Part shown: positions 41,098 to 51,479 of the stretch, in pieces
How positions within the stretch are numbered: the stretch's first letter is position 1
Layout: every line of letters begins with the position of its first letter
DNA from: an uncultured Gemmatimonadaceae bacterium
Lineage (GTDB): Bacteria > Gemmatimonadota > Gemmatimonadetes > Gemmatimonadales > Gemmatimonadaceae
Assembly: GCA_963829055.1 (NCBI GenBank)
Contig: CAWHHI010000016.1
Span: 672,001-736,000 of the forward strand
Length of the DNA: 64,000 nt
Reading direction: 5' to 3'
Notes under the pieces: generated by a model
The model's database searches: none
What the model was told of the DNA's origin: nothing
What the model saw: the letters and a program-made list of their open reading frames with translations, nothing else
Made by a program: the position numbers and the translations under genes

Positions 41098-41556
41098 ATG
41101 GCTTCCGCTTCCCCAGCGGGCAACCACAACTCGCTCAGGGAAGGCACCACGCTCGGAATCATTGTTGCCACCGCCATTTGGGTGTGGCTCGCTGTGGTCG
41201 ACGCCGCTGCTGGCCAGCCGTTCCGGACGTTCGCGGCGCTGGGCGGTATCACCGTTTTCACCGTCGTGCACTACCTACTGAACATTGTGTACGGCGTGGT
41301 GATCGTGTCGGCGGTCCACGGCGCCGCCCGCGAACCGAGCGTGGCCCTCGCCCTCGCGTTCGGCCTGGTCACGTTCGAGATCGCACTCGCGATGGTAACA
41401 GTGCTGCTCTCACAGCTCGGGCTCGGGCAGCTCGCCTGGGTCCGGATCTTCGGCGGGAGCCTGGTGGGCGTAGCGGTTGCCCTGTTCCTGCTTTCCCGCC
41501 GGCATCCACTCGCGTCACAACTCCGGCACGCCGACCACACACACGACGCCACCTAA
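41098..41556 (+). CDS. Four-TM hypothetical membrane protein
   Basis: LREG..LGIIVA...VVD..AGQPF.T, VVHY, ending RRHP; start 41098 or 41041. Confidence 0.8.
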   Translation: MASASPAGNHNSLREGTTLGIIVATAIWVWLAVVDAAAGQPFRTFAALGGITVFTVVHYLLNIVYGVVIVSAVHGAAREPSVALALAFGLVTFEIALAMVTVLLSQLGLGQLAWVRIFGGSLVGVAVALFLLSRRHPLASQLRHADHTHDAT

Positions 41557-41806
41557 CGACTATGCCGCCGACGTCGTTTCCTCCCCCGACTGCCAGGGTC
41601 GCGATCAGCGGCTTGGGACGAATCCGGCGCGCGATGCGGCGGCGGGGGCGCTCGCACGCGCGAGGATCTCGAGACGGTGGCCGCGAGAGCCCGGCTGGCG
41701 CCGAGATGCATGTCGGGGCCGCCGGTCCGTGCGGCGCTCGATCGTGGAGGGGGCAACGCCATCCTGTTTGGTAGGAGCAATGAATGCACAATGAAACTCC
41801 TCGAAT

Positions 41807-42877
41807 TCACCCATTGAAGTGCATCCCGTCGGTGCGAGCTCGATCCGGAAGACGTTCTTTTGACGAGGTCACGGCCCAACCCTTTCGGATTCGGTAGTCG
41901 TGCCGTGGGCTGACGTTCCCGGTTCCGCGCAACAGAACGAAACCGTCGAATGCGCGGAGGATTCGGCGCCTCGTACCATGAGAGACACGGTCTGCGACCG
42001 TAGCTGGCTGCCGATCGCCCACCGCAATCAGATCGGCGTTGGCGCGCTCGGCGTACGCCGTTAGGCGCGCGGCCGGCTCGCCGCGCAGTACGCGGCGCTT
42101 GACGGCGGCGATGCCGGAATGCGTGAGCGCTTTCTCGATTTCGGTGAACCTCACCGCCCATCCAACAGTGTCCTCTGCGTCTGCGGGGCCGTACGCCGCG
42201 GGCGCCTCCACGCCGTCGACGTGCACCAGGTGTACGGCCGCGCTCTCGGCGAGGACTCCGATCGTGGACGTCGCAATCGCGACGTCGGCGTCCCTCCCGT
42301 CAACGCCAACGATGGCTCGCGCTGGCAACGTGGAGGCCGACCGTGGTACGACAAGCACGGCAACACCACTACGCTGTGCCACCGCGAGAGCTGTTGGGCG
42401 CCGGAGCCAACGGGTAATCCAGCCACGACGGTTGCCCGTTACGATCAGATCGTGGCCACCGGTTCGCGCTGTTTCAGCAATGCTGTCGACAATGCTGCTG
42501 CTGTCGATGAGTCTGATGGTCCAGAATGGCGTGCCGTTCCCGAGAGCGCGCTGGCCCTGCGGGAGGACAGACGCGAGACGTTCTTCCAGTAGCTCGCCGG
42601 TGATGGCCAGAAACTCAGGGGCAGGAGGCGACTCCCCCCAGCGGGGGAGCACGCTCACCACATCTACCGTCGCGTGGTGCCGCCGTGCCAGAAGGCCCGC
42701 CACGGTGACAGCACCTTCCGATGCCGCCGTACCATCGGTGGCCACAAGGATGCGCGAGAGCCGCCGAGTTGTCCTCGACTCCGGTCGCTTGGCGACGCTA
42801 CGAATCTGCGCGGCGTGGGCCCGCGCGCGCCCGGCTCGGGCCGCGTGATGGACTTCGAACCGGATCGCGTTAGGCAT
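41807..42877 (-). CDS. Universal stress protein (tandem domains)
   Basis: RILVATDGT, DLIVTG, AVLVVP, GEPAARL, ADLIAVG. Confidence 0.85.
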   Translation of the reverse strand: MPNAIRFEVHHAARAGRARAHAAQIRSVAKRPESRTTRRLSRILVATDGTAASEGAVTVAGLLARRHHATVDVVSVLPRWGESPPAPEFLAITGELLEERLASVLPQGQRALGNGTPFWTIRLIDSSSIVDSIAETARTGGHDLIVTGNRRGWITRWLRRPTALAVAQRSGVAVLVVPRSASTLPARAIVGVDGRDADVAIATSTIGVLAESAAVHLVHVDGVEAPAAYGPADAEDTVGWAVRFTEIEKALTHSGIAAVKRRVLRGEPAARLTAYAERANADLIAVGDRQPATVADRVSHGTRRRILRAFDGFVLLRGTGNVSPRHDYRIRKGWAVTSSKERLPDRARTDGMHFNG

Positions 42878-43103
42878 CGTCGCAGCCCTCCGGATCTGTG
42901 AGTTTGCCGTTCCGCGCACGGCGTCTTGTTGACGCCAGCCGCATCATGGCACGTCGTGGCACCCAACCCCTGGACGTCGAAGACAGACGCAGCAGCACGA
43001 GTCCCATGAGGCCAACGACGGTCAGCGGTGTCGCGAGACTATCGCCGACGGCGAGGGCGAGCAGGAGCAGCGAGATGCTCAGCAGGCCGAGGTATGTGGT
43101 CAT
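42870..43103 (-). CDS. Small two-TM protein
   Basis: MTTYLGLLSISLLLLALAVG..LTVVGLMGLVLL; stop overlaps the USP start. Confidence 0.55.
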   Translation of the reverse strand: MTTYLGLLSISLLLLALAVGDSLATPLTVVGLMGLVLLRLSSTSRGWVPRRAMMRLASTRRRARNGKLTDPEGCDDA

Positions 43104-43165
43104 GGAAGTTTTCTCCGTGATTGGTTCCGGTCCGCCAGTGACGTTCCGGGCATGCGATGGCCGGC

Positions 43166-43513
43166 TTACACGCCGCCACCGCAGCCGACGCAGTACGTCG
43201 CCTCGGGCATAGCGAGCAGCCGTCCGTACGGGATCGGGCTGTGACAACTCACGCAGACTCCGTAGGTCCCCGTCTCGAAGCGGCGCAGCGCCGAGTCGAG
43301 CATCTCGCGCCGATCGAAGATTCGCGTCTCCAGGGCTACGGCGAGTCCGCCCGCGGCGTACGAGCCTCCACGGAGGGGGCTGTCCGTCGACGGCGACGCG
43401 TCGTCTGCTCCTATGCGGGTCGCGATCGAACGCTCCAGGCGTGCGCGCTCGGTCCGCAGTTCCTCTTCGAGGTCCCGCAACTGCGCTTGGGTCAAATGAT
43501 GTGCGGCATTCAT
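43166..43513 (-). CDS. TraR/DksA C4 zinc finger protein
   Basis: ALRRFETGTYGVCVSCHSPIPYGRLLAMPEATYCVGC. Confidence 0.9.
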   Translation of the reverse strand: MNAAHHLTQAQLRDLEEELRTERARLERSIATRIGADDASPSTDSPLRGGSYAAGGLAVALETRIFDRREMLDSALRRFETGTYGVCVSCHSPIPYGRLLAMPEATYCVGCGGGV

Positions 43514-43710
43514 CTCAGCCTCCTGCTTCGGAGTAACATCACACTACCAGCGCCCATCCCGGCGAAAAGCACTACCGCCAGAGGGATCGGCACGAATGGG
43601 GCAACACCGACGGCGAGAACGGCCGCGGCAGCGAGCAGTAGAACGGTGAACGCGACTTTCGTTAGGCGTGGCGCACCCTCCCCCGTCACGACGGCTGGTA
43701 GCACCCGCAT
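43510..43710 (-). CDS. Small two-TM protein, partner of paralog 2
   Basis: TAATG overlap with the upstream gene and ATGA overlap with the TraR/DksA gene. Confidence 0.65.
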   Translation of the reverse strand: MRVLPAVVTGEGAPRLTKVAFTVLLLAAAAVLAVGVAPFVPIPLAVVLFAGMGAGSVMLLRSRRLR

Positions 43711-44277
43711 TATGCGGCTGCGCCGTTCGGGACGTCGCTCGTTCCCGCGCTGATGCGCTGAGTGGTCTCGATCACGGTCTCGACGCTCGTCGGCGCGGTC
43801 GATGTCTCATTGGCCGTCGGGACCCCGGGCCGCCACATGGCCCACCGAATTCCCGACTTGCGCAGCGTGCGGTATACCAGATAGGCGATCGCGCGCGTCT
43901 CGCAGCTCGGTAGTGGGCGTCGGGATCATGAGCTCGAACCCGAACGAATCAACGCCGCTCCGACTGTCCGGACCCGGCCTAACGAGAGCTGCGATCGGTC
44001 GGCCGCTTGCGAGGATCATCTCGCTGCGCTCGATCCGTTGAATCGCCAGCGGCTCGATGTCCACCGGAACGGGTCGCGTCCCGTGCGTGCGAGCGAGTCG
44101 GCGCGCAACCGTCCTGTGGGCAACCCAGGCGGCGTGCGCGGCCTCGGTCTCGTCGCCAAACCCGCGAAACCCTACTGCGTTGTCGGCGATCCAGCCTGCC
44201 GCACGGCCGGCGTCGACCAGGTCCAGGTCGAGCGGCGGAGGTAAGGCGAGTCGATCGGGTGCAAGTTGCGTCGTCAT
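43710..44277 (-). CDS. Hypothetical protein, paralog 2 (frameshift near 43890)
   Basis: AGGAGG SD; closely similar to 55200-55871; shifted frame continues IAYLVYRTLRKSGIRWAMWRP to TAA 43712-43710. Confidence 0.85.
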
Positions 44278-44352
44278 TCGGATCCTCCTGATCTGGTTCG
44301 GTCCATCGCGTACTCGGCGGCACTCCACGCCGCCCGAATATCGCTTGCAAGT

Positions 44353-44372
44353 ATTGTCCTTATAAGGACTAT
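44353..44372. promoter_or_regulatory. Palindromic operator 1, ATTGTCCTTATAAGGACTAT
   Basis: Perfect 14-bp core 44356-44369, about 85 nt upstream of paralog 2. Confidence 0.8.
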
Positions 44373-44414
44373 AAACACATGGGACTACGTCATCGTGGAT
44401 TGCAGAGGATGGCT

Positions 44415-44897
44415 TTACACCGGCCCTACTTCTGCCGCTTTCTTGAGCAATTTCCTCAACGTCTCGAGCCCTCGCTCGCCGAGCGGCCCGAGCTGACGAG
44501 CGTGCAACGCCGCGACGGGTCCCTCCAGCGTGTCCAGCAGGCGACCTCCCTCGCTCGTGATCCGAGCGGTGACGACCCTGCGGTCCGCGCCCTCCCGCGC
44601 TCGGCGCGCCAGTCCGCGCTGCTCGAGCCGGTCGAGGAGTCGGGTTACGTCGGGGTCACCCGCTGGCGATCGCTCTCCTATTGCCGTCAACGGTGTACCG
44701 TCGGCGCCGGCGTCCTGAAGGATGCGCAGCACGTGGTACTGCTCCGGCGTAATGCCGGCCGGCCTGAGCAACGTCGCGAGCTCGTGAATCAGCTCGCCTG
44801 ACAAGTGTTGGAGGAGCAGGTAGATCTCCCGCTCCAATGTCTCCGCCGTCTCGAACCGCCACGTACGCCTTGTTGCGTCCTTGGGCTGTGCACGCAC
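44415..44897 (-). CDS. MarR family transcriptional regulator
   Basis: GITPEQYHVLRIL, DVTRLLDRLEQRGL..R...DRRVV...T.EG; start placed at GTG 44897. Confidence 0.9.
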   Translation of the reverse strand: MRAQPKDATRRTWRFETAETLEREIYLLLQHLSGELIHELATLLRPAGITPEQYHVLRILQDAGADGTPLTAIGERSPAGDPDVTRLLDRLEQRGLARRAREGADRRVVTARITSEGGRLLDTLEGPVAALHARQLGPLGERGLETLRKLLKKAAEVGPV

Positions 44898-44939
44898 GGT
44901 CGGGTCCGGTGAAGGAACCAGCGCAAAGTAGTCTAGCAA

Positions 44940-44968
44940 AGGATAGTCCTTATAACGAGCATTGTCAA
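44940..44968 (-). promoter_or_regulatory. Sigma70 promoter of marR with operator 2 between -35 and -10
   Basis: TTGACA (44968-44963), 17 nt, TATCCT (44945-44940); ATAGTCCTTATAACGAGCAT at 44943-44962. Confidence 0.8.
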
Positions 44969-45334
44969 CCTCTGGTGTCGATTGTCCCGCGCAGTGACGT
45001 GGCCGCTGCGACCTCCACAGTGGCTGGGCGAGCGCGCCTCGCATGTGATGCGACGACCAACACGACGATGTCGACGATGCACTCGACGTTAGGCGCCCCT
45101 GCCAGCGCGGGGAACAGGGCGAGAACGTCGGCACCATGGCAATGTAGCCAGCAAGGATTCTGTCTCGGAACAGCCACCGGCCGTTTGGGGCAGGCCATGG
45201 TAGCCGGAGCGGTCTGGCACTTGCGACCGTCACGTCCTCGTCTGGAGTCTCCGGCGGCGCGCCTGTTGCAGCGCCGGTAGCCGATGCCGATGACCAGAGC
45301 AGCGCGACTTAGCCGTCAGAGGGAGGCAGCGGAC

Positions 45335-45835
45335 GTGAACCAGACACCAGCCGCACGGTCTCGGATCTCGAGCGGTGCATCGCGCGAGCCCACCCGCACG
45401 CGAAACGCTGGAAGGCGAGAACCACTCGCGGATCAGGTGCCCAGGCCAGTGAAGCGGACCGCTGGTCGAGCCCCTGCACCGCTGACGCCCGCGAATATCC
45501 GAGTCGACGGGGTCACCCTTGATGTGGAGGATCGGGCATACATCCGGCGAAGACTCGGCGAAAAGCTCGGGAAGTATGCGAGATCCATCGAGCGCGTCAC
45601 CGTCAGGGTGCGCGACGTCAACGGCCCGCGCGGTGGGATCGACCTCCTGTGCCGCATCAAGGTGGTCCTGAGCGGCCTTCCGAGCGTGGTCGTCGAGCAC
45701 CAAGCCGCCCTCCTCAAACCTGCGCTCACGCGTGCCCTCACCGGAGCGGAGCGAACCGTGCGGCAAACGGTACAGCGCAAACGCATGCGACCCATCAGGT
45801 CGGCGGCCGGCCGCGAAGTCGGACAGGGTCGCTGA
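45335..45835 (+). CDS. HPF/RaiA-like ribosome-associated protein
   Basis: YIRRRLGEKL..IERVTVRVRDVNGPRGGID..CRIKV.L. Confidence 0.8.
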   Translation: MNQTPAARSRISSGASREPTRTRNAGRREPLADQVPRPVKRTAGRAPAPLTPANIRVDGVTLDVEDRAYIRRRLGEKLGKYARSIERVTVRVRDVNGPRGGIDLLCRIKVVLSGLPSVVVEHQAALLKPALTRALTGAERTVRQTVQRKRMRPIRSAAGREVGQGR

Positions 45836-45878
45836 CCCCGAACGCGATGAAGTTCTGATCCAAGATCAAGGAGCAGCT

Positions 45879-46280
45879 ATGCGAGTCGCAGACCTGATGC
45901 AGAAGAATGTGAGGGCGATTGCCCCCGAGGCCACTGTCGCCGAGCTCGTGCAGGCGATGGCGGATTCACGCGTGTCCGGCCTGCCAGTCGTGACGCCGAC
46001 AGGGCGCGTGGTGGGGGTGGTCTCGGCCACTGACGTGCTGCAGGCAGGCGCGGAGCAGGAGGACGCGACGGCACGTGAGAATCTGTTCGAGCACCACATG
46101 GTGCGCGACCTCATGACGCCGAACCCGTACGTCATTCAGCCGGATGCCGACGTGCGTGAGGCCGCCAAGCACATGCTGTACGCCGACGTTCGACGCCTGT
46201 TCGTGGAAGACCAGGGGCGGCTGGTCGGCGTCATTTCGCAAACAGACATCGCGCACGCCGTCGGCACTGGACGCATATAA
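45879..46280 (+). CDS. CBS-pair protein
   Basis: MRVADLM, VSGLPVV, VRDLMTP, LVGVIS.TDI; AAGGAG SD. Confidence 0.9.
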   Translation: MRVADLMQKNVRAIAPEATVAELVQAMADSRVSGLPVVTPTGRVVGVVSATDVLQAGAEQEDATARENLFEHHMVRDLMTPNPYVIQPDADVREAAKHMLYADVRRLFVEDQGRLVGVISQTDIAHAVGTGRI

Positions 46281-46311
46281 GCACGAGAACCACGGCGATC
46301 GGCCGTCGGCT

Positions 46312-47223
46312 ATGAGCACCGCAGATGCTGTTGGGGCGACTCGTCGCGCGCTTGTCGGTCCGCTCCTTGTCGCGGGAGAGGACGCGAGTCGTATGGACGG
46401 TGCGCTACACGTGGCGCAATTGCTCGCGCGCCGGGACCGCGTCAACGCACACGTGCTCACTGTCGTCCGGCCGCTGGCGCTCCCGGCCTCGCTCTTTGCC
46501 GCCGTTGACCAGGACGCGTGGGCGGAGGTTCGGCGGCAACAACAACTCGCATCCGTTCGACAGCGGCTGCACGAGACCGTGGGGCGGACGGCGTACTTCA
46601 GCGTCAGCGCGGAGAGCGGCAGCCGCGCGCCCGTGATCGCGCGCGCCGCGCGGGAGCGCGGCGCGGAGTTGATCATCGTCGGCATCGACGCGCACGGCGC
46701 ATCCCGCCGCGCGGAGACAGAGGACGCCGCACTGCAGGTGACGAGGACGGCAGACGTGCCGGTCGTCGCCGTCCCGCCTAACGTCGCTCTGCTTCCGCGC
46801 CGCGCTCTGGTCGCGATGGACTTCAGCGAGGCCAGCGCCAGCGCGGCGCGCGCGGCGGCCCTCATGCTCGCCAGCGGCGGCACTCTGACGCTCGCGCACG
46901 TCGCGCCGGACATCGACTTCCGCGAGATGGGGAAGGTCGGGTGGGAACAGATCTACGACAGCGGCGTCGCTGGCTTGTTCGAGCAGCTCGTCGGCGAGCT
47001 GCGCATTCCGGGCGAGTTGGACGTAGATACCGTCCTGGTGCGCGGCGACGCGTCCACACACCTCCTGGGTCTCGCGGCCCGCGGCGCTTTCGAGCTCGTC
47101 GCGGCGGGCTCGCAGGCGACGCCGTGGGTGGAGTGGCACCTCACTGGCAGCGTCTCAACGAGTCTCCTGCGCGGCGCGCGCTGCCCCGTCCTGATTGCGC
47201 CACCTCCGAACGCACGTAGATGA
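46312..47223 (+). CDS. Universal stress protein (tandem domains)
   Basis: AELIIVG, PVVAVP, ALVAMDFS, GSVSTSLLRGARCPVLI. Confidence 0.88.
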   Translation: MSTADAVGATRRALVGPLLVAGEDASRMDGALHVAQLLARRDRVNAHVLTVVRPLALPASLFAAVDQDAWAEVRRQQQLASVRQRLHETVGRTAYFSVSAESGSRAPVIARAARERGAELIIVGIDAHGASRRAETEDAALQVTRTADVPVVAVPPNVALLPRRALVAMDFSEASASAARAAALMLASGGTLTLAHVAPDIDFREMGKVGWEQIYDSGVAGLFEQLVGELRIPGELDVDTVLVRGDASTHLLGLAARGAFELVAAGSQATPWVEWHLTGSVSTSLLRGARCPVLIAPPPNARR

Positions 47224-47315
47224 CCGCGGTCGCATTGACCGTGCGTCGCGGCAGCTGCATCATCGTGCACACCAAGTCGCCCCTCGAGCATGGCTCGGGT
47301 AGCGACGAGATGCAG

Positions 47316-47445
47316 GCGCTCACCACGCTTCACTTCATGACCCGACTCGGCGAAGCCAGCGAGGTCGCGCATCTCGTGCACTTCTTGGCGTCGGGACCGG
47401 GCGTCATTCCTCACCGCGGCATATTTCACCGTCGCTGGCGGGATC
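47316..47445 (+). pseudogene. C-terminal remnant of an SDR oxidoreductase
   Basis: LHFMTRLGEASEVAHLVHFLAS, then ASFLTAAYFTVAGG in a shifted frame; parallels the C-terminus of the SDR at 49462-50217. Confidence 0.6.
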
Positions 47446-47623
47446 TCGTGCGGGAGAGCAGTCGTCGTGACGACCGCTCCTGCCGTGGAGCAGGCCGGTG
47501 CCGATCGCTGTGGATGATGGTGCGAGTACGATCGAGGTCGGGGAGACCGTTTGAGGATCCAAGCCCTCAGCAACGTCGGTTTATTCGGGACGCAAGCCAC
47601 GACCTGGAGATAGGGAGACCGAC

Positions 47624-48593
47624 ATGGCTGGGTTCACCAATCTGCTCTTCTGCGTTACAGACGATGACGACGCCTCCGTTCGGTATGTGGCGCGACTTGC
47701 GGCACCAACGAGCGCCCGCCTAACGATCGCCGACGTCATCGAGGACGTCCCTCCGATCGCGCGCCGACTCCTTCCGCGCAGCTGGAATCTCCCTGCTCTG
47801 GTGCGCGCGCAGAAGCAAGCCCGCATAGAGAGCACCGCTGCCATAGCCCGGCGCCTCGGCGTCGTGCCGAAAACCGTGCTGTTGACCGGATCTCCGATCA
47901 AAGCACTCGTCCGGGAAGTGCTGCGCGGCGGACACGATCTACTCGCAGCGGGCGCGGCGTCCTCGGGCTCGGTGGAATGCATCGGAGCATCTGCCACGCG
48001 TCTAATGCGCGAGGCCCCATGTCCGGTATTGCTGGTACACCCCGCTCGCCGCTGGCGCCGACCCCGAGTACTCGTCGCAATCGATACTGGCCCGTGGGTC
48101 TCGAAACGCACAAGCGCGCTGACTGCGAAACTCATCAAGACTGGACTCTGGATCGCTGCGAAGCACGGAGGTGAGTTGCACGTGCTGCATGCGTGGGTCC
48201 CGTACGGAGAACGGATGCTAACGCGCGCCGGAGTGTCGGACGCCGAGGCCCGGCGCTTCCTGGCCGGTCAACGCGAGGAGGTACGCCAGGAGGAGCTGGA
48301 GCCGCACGCTCGCCCCGTTCCGCGCGCACATTTCCCCGGCGCGCGTGCACCTCGTGAAGGGAGACCCGAGAGTCGCGATCGGGGACTTCGCGACCAGTCA
48401 TCGGATCGACATCCTCGTCATTGGAACCGTAGCCCGATCCGGCATCGCCGGCCACATCATTGGCAATACCGCCGAGGCGGTGCTGAGCCAACTTCCGTGC
48501 TCGATGCTCGTCGTGAAACCTGATGCTGGGCGAGGCGGGCGATCGAGGCACAAATCGGCCAGTCGCTCCGGGGAACGCGTTGACCTCCCCTGA
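47624..48593 (+). CDS. UspE-like universal stress protein (frameshift near 48300)
   Basis: ATRLMREAPCPVLLV, ELHVLHAW; second frame IDILVIGTVARSGIAGHIIGNTAEAVL. Confidence 0.88.
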
Positions 48594-48685
48594 TAGTCGC
48601 GGTCACCACGACAGGCTGAAAGTCTCAGCAGCGCGCCAGGCCGGTCTCGTCTCCTCGGTCGCGCCGGAACCCGGTCGTTAGGCAT

Positions 48686-49387
48686 ATGCAAATCATTCCC
48701 GACGAGAAGGTCATCATCGCGGGGTTCCTGGTCGCGTTCGACCTCCTCGGCACCTTCGTCTTTGCGCTGAGCGGGGCCGTGGCCGGGATCCGACATCGGC
48801 TGGACCTGTTCGGCGTGCTGGTGCTCTCGTTCGCGGCCGCCGCCGCGGGCGGGATCCTCCGCGACGTGCTGATCGGCATGGAGATGCCGGCCGCGATTCG
48901 CGACTGGCGCTATGTCGCCGTGTCGGCGCTCGCAGGACTCGTCACGTTTTACCGGCCATCTGGGATTCACCGGTTCCGGAACGCGGTGCTGTGGTTCGAC
49001 GCGGCGGGGCTTGCGCTCTTCGCGGTCACGGGGACCAGCAAGGCGCTCGCGTATCACGTCAATCCAGTCTCGGCAGCGCTGCTCGGCATGCTCACGGGAA
49101 TCGGGGGCGGCGTTATGCGTGACGTGCTCGTGTCCGAAGTCCCCACTGTGTTCCGCGCCGAGCTGTACGCCCTCACCGCCCTCGCCGGCGCGGCCGTGGT
49201 GGTCGCCGGCCACCTGCTCCGCCTCCCGGATGGCGCGGTCGCGACCGCGGGCGCGGTCCTATGCTTCGCGCTTCGCTTCATGGGCATTCGACACGGTTGG
49301 CGGCTTCCACTCGCCCCCGGAGTCGAACAATTCTCTGCACCAACGCCACCGGCCGGCAACACGCCCCACGACGACGCGGGACGCTGA
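48686..49387 (+). CDS. TRIC / UPF0126 family membrane protein
   Basis: DLLGTFVFALSGA, GGILRDVL, DAAGLALFAV.G, TGIGGGVMRDVL. Confidence 0.92.
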   Translation: MQIIPDEKVIIAGFLVAFDLLGTFVFALSGAVAGIRHRLDLFGVLVLSFAAAAAGGILRDVLIGMEMPAAIRDWRYVAVSALAGLVTFYRPSGIHRFRNAVLWFDAAGLALFAVTGTSKALAYHVNPVSAALLGMLTGIGGGVMRDVLVSEVPTVFRAELYALTALAGAAVVVAGHLLRLPDGAVATAGAVLCFALRFMGIRHGWRLPLAPGVEQFSAPTPPAGNTPHDDAGR

Positions 49388-49461
49388 GGCGACTCGGGGC
49401 CACCCGTGACCATAACGTTCCACGACCGCCGCGTATCGGTCCAATGCGTTGCCGTATGTAG

Positions 49462-50217
49462 TCAGACCGCGGTGTAGCCCCCGTCCACCAGGTAGTACCC
49501 TCCCGTCATGAACGACGCTTCGTCGGACAGGAGGAAGCAGACGAGCGAAGCGACCTCCTCAGGTTGTCCGAGCCTGCCAAGAGGATGCCGCGCGACGAGC
49601 GCGCTTTTCTGGTCGGCAGGAAGGTTCGCCAGGAGCGGCGTCTCGATGTACGCGGGGCCCACGCAGTTGACTCTGAGCCCTTGCGGCCCGTACTCCGCAG
49701 CCGCGTTTCTGGTCAGACCGACGACACCGTGCTTGGCGGCGGTGTACGCTCCGTTTCCGACCGCCGCAACCATGCCGTGGATCGAGGCCATGTTGACGAT
49801 CGCGGAGTTGCGCGCACCCGCTTTCAGCATCGCGGGTATCTGGTAACGCATGCCGTACAGCACGCCATTCAGGTTGATGTTGATGACGCGGTCCCAATCC
49901 GCGAGATCGACCTCCCCGGCCGGGGCCGCGGCCCCACCAATGCCGGCGTTGTTGACCGCGTAGTGCAGCGCGCCGTAGGTGGACACTGCGTGGGACACCA
50001 CCCGCTCGTTGTCCTCGGCTTTCGCGGTGTCGTGCTCGACGGCGCTGGCGGTGCCGCCCGCATCCGCGATTTCGTGCGCCACTCGTTCGGCGCCCTTCAG
50101 GTTGATGTCCGAAACGACAACTTTGACGCCTTTGCTCACGAGCGCCTTCGCGATCGCCTCGCCGATTCCGGAGCCTCCGCCCGTGACGATCGCAACCTTC
50201 CCATCAAGCCCTCTCAT
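49462..50217 (-). CDS. Short-chain dehydrogenase/reductase
   Basis: TGGGSGIG, NNAG, YTAAKHG. Confidence 0.95.
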   Translation of the reverse strand: MRGLDGKVAIVTGGGSGIGEAIAKALVSKGVKVVVSDINLKGAERVAHEIADAGGTASAVEHDTAKAEDNERVVSHAVSTYGALHYAVNNAGIGGAAAPAGEVDLADWDRVININLNGVLYGMRYQIPAMLKAGARNSAIVNMASIHGMVAAVGNGAYTAAKHGVVGLTRNAAAEYGPQGLRVNCVGPAYIETPLLANLPADQKSALVARHPLGRLGQPEEVASLVCFLLSDEASFMTGGYYLVDGGYTAV

Positions 50218-50310
50218 GTCGCCCTCCATGAGTCTCAGGTGAATAGCCAGAAGGAGTCTGAGTCGGTGTGAATACCTCCCGATCGTTAGGCTGGAAACGA
50301 TGGGACGGTG

Positions 50311-51479
50311 TCAGCGCAGGTAGCCTTCCGTCAGGGCTACCCAGTACGCGGCTCCTTTTGGCAGGATGCCCTGGTTCAGGATGAATTGCGGGTGATGCAC
50401 CATCGGCGTGTCACCGTTGCCGATGAAGCAGTAGGTGCCCTTCTTCTCCTGCAGCATGAAGGCGAAGTCCTCCGAGCCCAGAAACGTGGGCCCCGGGATA
50501 GACGACATTGTCCTCGCCGAAGGCGGCCCGCGCGATTTCGGCCGCCCGGAGGGTCTCCTCCTTGTCGTTGACGAGGACCGCCCCCGGCACGCCCTCGCGG
50601 ATCTCGTACGTGCAGCCATACCCCTCGGCCTGCGTCCGCGTTAGGTCGCGTACCTTGTTGAGCACCAACTCTCGATCGGCGGGCGTCTTGGTACGGATCG
50701 ACAGGCGCAGGATTGCGGACTGCGCGATGACGTTGCCAGCATTGCCCGACAGGAACGCGCCGACCGTCACCACCGCGCTGTTGTGCGGCGAGACGTTACG
50801 CGACACGATCGTCTGCAGCGCCATCACGAGCGAGGATCCAGCGACCACCGGGTCGATGCTCAGCTCGGGCATCGAGCCATGCCCACCCTTGCCCGTCAGT
50901 TCGATCTCCCAGTTGTCGACCGCCGCCATGACGTCGCCATGGGCAAAGTACAGTTTGCCCAACTCGAGCCCGGGCATGTTGTGCATGCCGAAAACCGCGT
51001 CGACCGGAAAGCGGGCGAACAGCCCATCCCTGATCATCGCCGGACCACCTTCCATCGTCTCCTCACCGGGCTGGAAAATCAGCCGGACCGTCCCGTTGAA
51101 GTTCCTGGTCTCGGCGAGGTACTTGCCCGCGGCGAGCAGCATGGTGGTGTGCCCGTCATGACCGCACAGATGTGCAACGCCCTCGACCCCGCTCTTGTAG
51201 TCGAGGGTATTGACCTCCTGGATCGGCAGCGCGTCGAAATCCGCGCGTAACCCGATCGCCTTGCCGCCGTCCCCAACGGTCATCGAGGCGACGATGCCGT
51301 GCTTGCCGATGCCGGTTTCGACGTCGTATCCCCAGTGCCTAACGGCGCTCGCGATGTATTCCGCGGTTTCCTGCTCCTGCATCGACAGCTCTGGGTTGCG
51401 ATGCATGTGCTCGAACCACTCCTTCATCTGCGCCGTGATCCGCTTCCAGCGCCTCGAGCAGCGTGTTCATGGTTTTCAT
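50311..51479 (-). CDS. M20D amidohydrolase, hippurate hydrolase-like (frameshifts near 51435 and 50497)
   Basis: HRNPELS, LRADFDALP, HLCGHDGH, FQPGEE, GMHNMPG; GSEDF and HHP in a shifted frame. Confidence 0.9.
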
